Positions 55,404-64,000 of a stretch of 64,000 nucleotides of DNA are shown piece by piece. Numbering within the stretch: the first letter of the stretch is position 1; each line of letters opens with the position of its first letter. The notes under the pieces were generated by a model that worked only from the letters and a program-made list of their open reading frames with translations, was not told where the DNA came from and did no database searches. The DNA is taken from contig NC_087245.1 in NCBI RefSeq assembly GCF_037042905.1, positions 38,876,001 through 38,940,000 of the forward strand, read 5' to 3'. Position numbers and translations under genes: made by a program. The stretch comes from Lytechinus pictus. Taxonomy: Eukaryota.

Positions 55404-58400
55404 TTAATACAAGAAAGTCTATTCAGTCTATGAAGGTAATGTGATTCATATTTGATCTGAAGAGTATCAAGCATGATTACAACAGTGGAACACATATTTT
55501 GTTTGTTTAATCATGGATAAAGTTACACCTTTAATTTTTTTAATTGAATAAAAAGGTAAAGCAGAATATCACCTTGATAAGAACTGTGCCTCAAAAATAT
55601 AGCAGAAAAAAGGGTGTCCAAACCATGATAAATTAATCAAGCATTAATCTGTCATGCATTTTCAAAGAAAGAAACTGCTGAAATACAATAACACTTTTTA
55701 ATTAAAAAAAATAATTTCCACAGAGTGTAAATATATAATCTTCATAGGTAAGGAAAAATATCCACATTGTTTTGAAATGAATTCATAAAAAAGACATGTT
55801 TCTAACATTCCGAACAATTTATGATGCTCAGATAAATACATGTACCCAAATAGAATAAAACATATACATTTTTTTTTTACAGATTGGGATAGATAAGGAC
55901 GGAAACTAAAGTTCTTGTATGTTGGCCTACTGTATGAATTTATGCAATAGACATGTTTGTAACCTTTTGAAAAATGTATAATGCTGAGGTCCTGTGACCT
56001 TTATGGTGGGAGTTTGGTTAATGAATATTTTACTTCTCCCTTCTATCGGCCAGCATCCACTTGATGAGGAGTAATGATTTATGTCTCATAGAATATAATC
56101 ATTGGATACTTTAGAGACACCGTCCACTTCTCCTTTGAAATGTACTGAAGATAGTGGTTTGCGCGGTTTTGTGTGAATTTTCAATGTCAATTTCGTTAAC
56201 ATGATTAATGAATGATAATTAACTTCATTATGAAATTTTCCATATTTCACTTTAACAGGATAAAGAAAAAAATAGATGATTATATCTGTAATACTATTTA
56301 TTATGTGAGAATAAGAGAGATGGACAATGGTGACAATATTATGGCTGATTGCCAATTAAATTGAGGAAAAGAAAGAAAAGAAGATCTTTGTAGTTTTCCA
56401 TCATGAGTGTTTGAAACTGTAGTGCCAAATGGAATCGTAATTGCTATGTAGAGATAAGGGATTTTTATTTCATATAAATTGGAACAGTTCAATCTCTCTT
56501 GATTTTCCTTCAAAGTGTAATTCTGATGAGATCCAACATATCAGTTTGATATTTTGAAAAAGATACATATATTAATTGTTATAAAATATTCCCTCGTGAA
56601 GTTGTCTTTATTTCATTGTATTTTGTCAATCCTAAGGGTCAATAAAATACATATATTTTAAATAGATATATAAAGACTTAAATGAATGGACAAATTATTC
56701 ATCAATTTTTAATAATATGTATTTCTTTTGAAATATTTATGGCAATAAACCCTTTTATTGCAGGTGAAGGGGAGTTGGGCAAAGTACCTGGGTAAATTGT
56801 ACCTTCTCTATTTGATTATGAAATAAAGATGATTTATATAACATACCCCATATCCAAAATATCAGTACATATAACATTATTGTATAAATTGTTAATCCAT
56901 TTTTTGTAACTCGTCTTTAGCATTTATACTATACTACACACATTAGGTACAACATCCTTCATTCTAAAAACCCAAATCTTTACATGAACTTATCAATAAT
57001 TTGCTTTTAGTTTTACAAGAGTTTTCGGAAAATATTGACAAGTGCAATTAATATAATGAAAATATACCATAAATGCACTCTCTGTATTTTGTTCATCCTC
57101 AACATCCTCTGTATTTTGTCAACAAATATCGACATGTTTTTGTTTAACATATCAAATTATAAATTATTTCTGATTCATCACACATAGTGCTTTAGTATTC
57201 TGTACTATTTATACTACTTTATAGGGTTTTATTTCATTTGATAGACAAAGCAATAGACTACTGCAAGAGTGATAGAGAGAGAAAAAGACGATACGTCATG
57301 TGGTTTAGTGGTTACAGAGATATCCCATATTTTAACTTTTCACTTTAAAAAAAAATCCTCAGTGGTTTTATATTTTCCATCCCTTCGAGTGCTTTGTGAC
57401 AAATTTCTCTATGTTCGTTCAATTATATTCATATGGATATTCATATGTACATTATAATGAAAGATAAATATCATTTATTCACAGTGTGAGGAGTCGTTAA
57501 AAGCCACAAGCTTGACAAGCTAATACCTAGAATTGATGATTTCATTTCTCCTCACATATCACAAGTCAGATAACAACACACTATTCAACAAACAAAAGCT
57601 ACAGATGTAAACATCATTTTTCGACCATATCCTTTAGTCAGATAAAACCCATTTTGCTCAACTAAAAAATGACCATGGCTATATTTCAAACAGACATTTC
57701 ATCCTTTAACGTTATACGAGCCAACGAGGAGTATCCGCCAGACGAGGAGTATATATATATATGACAGTAAGCGCTGGCTCCGAAATTTGGCATCTAATTA
57801 GGAAGAGCTGCATATTTAATGGAAGACATGCATGGCCAGAGTATGGCTTCCCTCTTGTATACAGATTACTCTAGGGTTGACAGCCCGGTTTTTCGACCAC
57901 CGGCTCAGCCGCTCAACGCCATGCAGCGCCTTGTCGTGTATATATATACATGACTGTGCGAGTGTGAGTGAGTGTGAGCCTCTGTGTGTGTCAATTCCAT
58001 GTACATGTAAGTGTGTAAAACCTAGCTAGGGTTGTTGAGTGTGTGTATGGGTGTGTATGGACGGATGGGTGGGTGGGTGTCCTCTTCTACAGCATATACA
58101 TACATGAAGAGGAGCAAGCTAAAAATTGCATCCACTTTGCGAACCCATCCTATCACAAATTTACATGTAAACTGAAATGACAACTTTTTTTAGAAAGTGA
58201 CTATACATTTATATGATTGTAAAGGCTTATAACTATAAGTATAACCCCCAACATATATACGGTTGGAAAAGTAAGAGATGACAGTTAACATTTCAAATTG
58301 ATTGCATACAAATAATTGTAGTTTTTCCCCATTGTTGCTTTTTCATCCATGTTCCAATAATGCTATAAAAAAACAATGTTTTTGACAGAAAATACTTAAG

Positions 58401-58629
58401 AACACGGAATTGCATGCAATAAAAATTCATAGTTCTAAATAAACAATTTTTTTAATAGTTCTTGATTTGTAATGACTGAAGCTACAAACTGGTCATCCAT
58501 TTAAAAGCGAGTTACGTTCTATGTCAATAAAAACATTATTATAATGAAGAGTTAAGTTTAACATTGCCAAATTAAGAAATTAATTGAGGCACCTTAATAA
58601 AATAATAATAATGATAAAAAACAAACAAT

Positions 58630-58800
58630 AATAATAATAACTTGATTTATAATGCTTTTTGCCAGAGGATACAACACGCAACTTTTATTGCCCTGGCTTT
58701 AGCTTGAGCTACAACTTAATGAACAGCACTCGATCAGTGCATTTCAAGGTATTTATCCTACTGGGTACCCATTATATGCACCTGGGTTGAGTGAGGCTAA
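58630..58800 (-). mobile_element. Degenerate SINE 3' part with (TTA)n tail
   Basis: Minus strand cactcaacccaggtg...aatgggtaccc core ending in an AAT-repeat tail. Confidence 0.5.
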
Positions 58801-59785
58801 AGGGAATAATAACTCACGCTGGGTCACAACGCTTATCAAACAGGCTCGGAATGCAAGAAAGTCAATGTAAAATATACTAGTGCCCTTATATAGCAAGTTT
58901 TCTGCTAATGAAAAGATGTAGATCTGATTTTTGGTAAACTAACTGACATATCTTGAACTACATTACAAAATGGTACCCACATATGCACCCAAAGCTACAC
59001 CCACACATGCACTCACACACTAAATTACATCTAATGTTTGTAATACATCAATTTGAACCATTGCTGCAAGGACATTATGATTACAAAATAATACACATTT
59101 AGAATGAATAATGACAAATTTCACATTAGTTAATGTTGAAGGATTAGTGAGATTCATGATCATTCTTAAACCAATTTAACCATTTTTTTTTACATCAACC
59201 ATCCTTTTCTTTATCAGGGCTTTCTGATTTTGTATGGATTGAGACTGTATGAATAAGTTATGTGTGTGGGCTGGTGCTGTATTTTCAAAGTGTACATAAT
59301 CCTTCTTTAAATGATTAAGGTTTCTACCTATCGGAATAAAAAGGGGGAAATAAAGTAATGTAAATATTGTAATCAATCTTGGCTGGCAACAAGTTTTTTT
59401 TCCATTTTATTTAAGCTTAGAGAAAGGGAATCTTGAAGATTACAGGTGATATTTTGAATTTTCCTGCCCACACATTTTATTCTTTCCATTCATAAAAAAT
59501 ACTCCCCCAGTACAGTAGTCAACTAAATAGATGAAACAACATTGAAAGGGATAAGATTGGTAAGGGTCAAAATTAAGGAGTCAGAAAAGGACTATAAATT
59601 TTGATATTTTTAGGACAGGGATATGTATTCTCATGGCACTTTGTTACAGCACAAATATGGGGAAATTTTTTAAAGGGCATAAAAAATTTCTGAGGCAAAT
59701 GAGTGGGGGCATCATGGTCAGTAACACATCAATGGGTGTGGCCCATAAAAGCCCTTGGATAGTCCTGCAAATATATTTTTTCTAT

Positions 59786-60062
59786 GGGCCTTTTCACAGT
59801 ATGTGAATCTTGAATCATCATTGTAATGATGATTGCAATTCGTCTTTAAAATCATCAGACCTTTCACACGCTCACTCGAAAACTGTGATTTGAGTGAGAC
59901 TTAACTGGAATTCACCTCCGGAGTAGAATTTGTGATTGTGCGTTCGTGATTCTAACCATGTTCTGGTTTGGTTTCACACGTGCTAAAAGTTCATCATTAG
60001 CCTTATTTTTCACTGGAATCATCATTCAAATTACGATTTTTTTTTTTACCGTGTGAAAGGGC
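59786..60062. mobile_element. MITE with GCC(C/T)TTTCACA / TGTGAAAGGGC ends
   Basis: Imperfect terminal inverted repeats and repeated tttcacac motifs. Confidence 0.5.
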
Positions 60063-62135
60063 GGTAAGTAAAGATAAATGACTGTGGGATGTACAACTAG
60101 AGGTACCATGTATCTTACAATTTAAATTAATAAACTTTAACCGTGTCAAATAATTAATTTGTAATGGATATATCCACATCAAGTTTATATATATCCCGTG
60201 CAATTTAATATGTGCTACAGGTGTATCCTGCCACAATCTACTGCTTAATAGTAGAATTTCACCTTTGGTATATATTCTTATTCTCTTACCAAGAATAATT
60301 ATGGATCATTAGTTTATGTTGGAAAATCATATTTTGTGAATACGATGGAAAATAGATGTTTAATTTGAATGGATGATAGATTGAATGAATGAATGAACAA
60401 ACGAACGGACGAGCAAACGAATGAATGAATGAATGAATAAATGAGTGAAATGAATGAATGAAAAAGTACACAAACCACTTCAAATGTACTTTACTTCACA
60501 TAAAATGTTAAAAATGCAAATCAAAATGGCATTTTGGAGCATCAGAAATAAAGCTGTACATATTTATCCATTGAATATTTCGTTAAAATCATGGACATTT
60601 CATTAAAAAAAGTCTTCAACTTCCCTGTGGTTTCTTCATAAATTTTCAAATGTCAACTTTTACAAGCAATTTGTAACATTCTTATTCTTATATAAGACAT
60701 ATGTTTATAACCACACAACAAGTACATGTAGGCCTATATCATGTATAATTCATTAAATTTGTGTTTTTAGTTAGAGGAGTGTTTTTAAGTGATTTTTATT
60801 CCATTCTGTTCTACAGTATAGGTCCTGACCTAATTATTATAACTGACTGCAACTGACATTTTTCTTTCTATAAACTTAACTTGTTATTACAAAACCATTT
60901 CAGTTATTCGATTCCTTGCTGCAGCATTTCTATCCAGAACCTACATAATACAAAATAGAAAGCACTTCAAACCTAATTTCGGGGAACCTACATATTGTGG
61001 AACTTATAAATAACTCCACGCACCCCCTCAAATCTTAAGGAACTGGGAGAGTATTGAATATGACGACTGAATACCACCATGCCAGCCAATGTAATTAGAA
61101 ATAGATACGCTCTGTAATCTACCCAAAGGGAATCCTTGGTGGAACTGAATCCAAAATTGAACAAACAAAATAAATGAACATCATATATTACTACCAAATT
61201 GGTACGACAGACAGACAAGGATTACAAATTTTTGAATTGCAGATATGTTTTTCAGACTAATGGTAGAATCCTATACTTTTGAGGGAAATTGTACTCAGTT
61301 AACTAGACTTAAACATAGCACTTGCAGCCAATTTATTTAAATCCTGAAACTCTGATAGAAAACAAAACTTTCAATTTTTATTTGTAAGCATAGTTTTCTA
61401 TTTCAAAGAACTAAAAAAATTTGAAGAAATCAGGATTTTCTATCTACAATGTATTCCTCAAGACTAAAATGTTTACCGTATATTGTCAAGTTAATTGTAG
61501 TTTTATTATAATTTCATTTTCATTCATCACCGGACCAACATGTACAGCACTAATTCTTTACACTCACTTCATTGTCGTATTCTGATTTTTTTGTTCTATT
61601 GTCAGGGCATATATAGATGAAAAACAGCTGTTTACTAATCTACATACTTAGTACATCTATTCCAATAAATAGATTAATTGATATTCTTTTATTATGAGTA
61701 AGAGATCAAGCCAACATTTATGATGAAATTTTCCATTATTATCGAAAATTTTATTTTCAAATCTACCAAAAGGATGATTGTTCAAATTACCAGTTTGGGT
61801 TAGGCCATATATATATTATGTAAATAAAAATAACTATGAATACATATCTTATATGAATACTGTTCTTAAGAACGGGTATCACTACATAGACCCTAGTTAC
61901 CAAATTGTTTCATAAATTCATAATTTTATGCCTCCGTATGAGAGAAGATGTACATTCTAACTTTCTATTGACCAGTTTTATCTGACTTGAAATGACCTTG
62001 ATAATTGGCCACAACCAATTCCATCCCCAGAACAAAGAAATTACAATGTGGAATGTCGTATTGATTGGGGTTTACTCTGCCAATAACCACAACAAAGAAA
62101 AGGGTTGCTCTGTCATTGCCTCCCACAATCCTTAA

Positions 62136-62718
62136 AGGGGAATGAAACCGTTGGAACAAGTGGGCTTGTGTGGAAAGAGGAAAATCAAAGAATAAGATCA
62201 AAGAAAGTTTGAGAAAAATCAGACAAATAATGAGAAAATTACGAGCATTTGAATATTGCGATCACTAATTAATGCTATGGAGATCCTTCAATTGGCAATG
62301 CGACAAAGATGTGTGATATCACATGTGAACAACTTTCCCTGTGAGGGACTATAAAATACCCCTAAAATGTCCCTTTTTGCTCTTTCTTATGGTGATACAA
62401 ACTCTTTATCCATAATGTATTCTTTAAAACTCTGTATTACATGCCCTCTTATTGAAAGAATACATGATCTACTGATAGATGTGATAAAAAAGCATTTTAA
62501 GTGAAATATATAGAAAAGTAATGGGAAAGTTGTTCAGAAGTGACATCACACATCTTTGTTGCATTGCCAACTGAGGATCTACATTATGATAATGATCTAA
62601 ACTTCAAATGCTCATAACTTTCTTATTACTTATTCAATTTTTCTCAAACTTTTGTTGATCTGTTTCTTTTATTTTTGTGTTTTAACACAGGTATCTTGTT
62701 TCAGGGGTTAATTTTCCT
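62136..62718 (+). mobile_element. 583-bp long-TIR MITE (Kolobok/T2-type), copy 3
   Basis: TTAA at 62132-62135 and 62719-62722. Aligns with copies 1 and 2. Confidence 0.92.
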
Positions 62719-63489
62719 TTAATCTATTTGGAACTGTGTTTTGCATTTAAATTAAATCTTCACTTCTCTCTTCCTCTCTCTCTCCCCCTCTCTCTGGGCT
62801 TGCAATTTTTATATATGTAGCCGGGTACGGCCACTTTTTACCATAGGGCACAAATCTTCAAGGTCTCTGACAGGGTACCAAAACTGCAAGCTACAAAAGG
62901 TATACGTTTACATTGCTAATATAGCCTTGATAATATGCAGGCCTTGTCAGAGCATCCACACACACACACACCTACCCACCCACACCTTCATTAAGACACA
63001 CATAGTTACATGTACTTACTCTTTTCATTATTTTTACTAAAAAGTATGAAAGAAACTAACTTGATTTGATATTCGATATTGAATCCTTCCTCTCAACATG
63101 TACTTTTTAACAATTTTTTGTCTTCAAATATTAAAATTGAGACTGTTGAATACAGGGATGGAGCCAGGGTATAGTGTCATGTGGTCAAAATGACCGACAT
63201 ATAAAAGTGATGCCCTTTTAAAATGATACAGGAAATAATTATGGAGTGTCACGAACCTAACTTCAAATGTTGATATTCTCTTCTCTTCCTCTTTTCCTTT
63301 TCCCTCTCTCTTTCTGCTTTTTCCTCTGTCTTCAACATATTCTTCATAGCAAAGAACTCTTTGTGTGAATAGCTTTGCATTTGTTCAGTGATTATGTTTA
63401 TATCAATAATATGATTTCGACCTTTTTGTTCCTTCTCGTTTTTCTTGTATACATACACATATATGAATAAGTCAACAATATTTCCTTCA

Positions 63490-63690
63490 TTTCCAAGGGG
63501 ATTCACACATTACAAGCTTTGCTTTTAGTGGACCCCCCTCATTTCCATTGATGCTCAATATAATACTGTTTTTTGTTTTACAAAGTAAGAATGCTCGTCT
63601 GTAAAATTGTACTTGATTTATATTACTTTATATTACTTTGTATCATGTTTTAAATGGAAATGGAATAAGGAATTGAATTGAATTGAATTT
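63490..63690 (+). mobile_element. LINE (CR1/L2-like) 3' end relic
   Basis: Hairpin GGGGATTCAC..TACAAGCTTTGCTTTT..GTGGACCCC followed by a (GAATT)n tail. Confidence 0.55.
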
Positions 63691-64000
63691 TCATCACTAT
63701 TTAGTGTTTTATTTTCTTTACAATACTTGAAAGAATCATTGGAGGCAGACGGCTCATGCCAAGCATCACCCAAGCCCCTCCCCCATGAACCCCCAAGCCT
63801 ACCCCCCCCTCCTTCCCTTGCTTTTAGCACCAACCTGTATCTGTAGTCTCACAAAATTTAATTCTTTACTGTCTCACTCAATTCCTTACATGTTTTACTA
63901 CCAAAAATGAGGTATCCAAAATTTAAAATTCAATTCAATCACACGTGTTTAGTCGTACAAAAATAACCAAAACACCAAAGCTAAACTTGTATTATGATAT

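Noticed and set aside
63249..63506. Minus-strand charged ORF (MLKTEEKAEREREKE) as RIM exon 1
   Set aside because: No DLSHLTEEER-like motif. The charge comes from a GA-rich low-complexity run.

Overview
AT-rich (about one-third GC by eye), repeat-dense animal genomic DNA. The SINE/MITE/CR1 repertoire suggests a sea-urchin-like invertebrate deuterostome, but that is inference. The window lies inside one large minus-strand gene, a RIM/UNC-10 (Rab3-interacting molecule) family member. Two coding exons are visible: 22095-21888 (208 nt, CQICHKTKFADGVGHSCNYC..CARCGGRVTLRSNK) and 284-1 (VLWVCKLCRKKQEYLTKTGQWYH..., running off the window). They are joined in phase 0 across a 21,603-bp GT-AG intron. 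I could not find the N-terminal Rab3-binding exon on the minus strand, so the upstream intron is probably at least 42 kb. The rest is intron: CR1/L2 LINE relics, tRNA-derived SINEs, many MITE families, mini- and microsatellites, and CpG-bearing unique islands that look like enhancers. Almost all ORF-track entries are low-complexity artefacts. There are no prokaryotic features and no CRISPR array, and I cannot claim a wholly new biological system. The most interesting signals are: (1) a near-perfect 152/153-bp SINE fold-back palindrome flanked by a 12-bp direct repeat; (2) a covarying RNA hairpin shared by seven diverged LINE/SINE 3' ends, three with a second long-range helix; (3) strong enrichment of TACATGTA, with one case visible as a TA->TACATGTA insertion in a minisatellite unit, matching a Tc1-type excision footprint.
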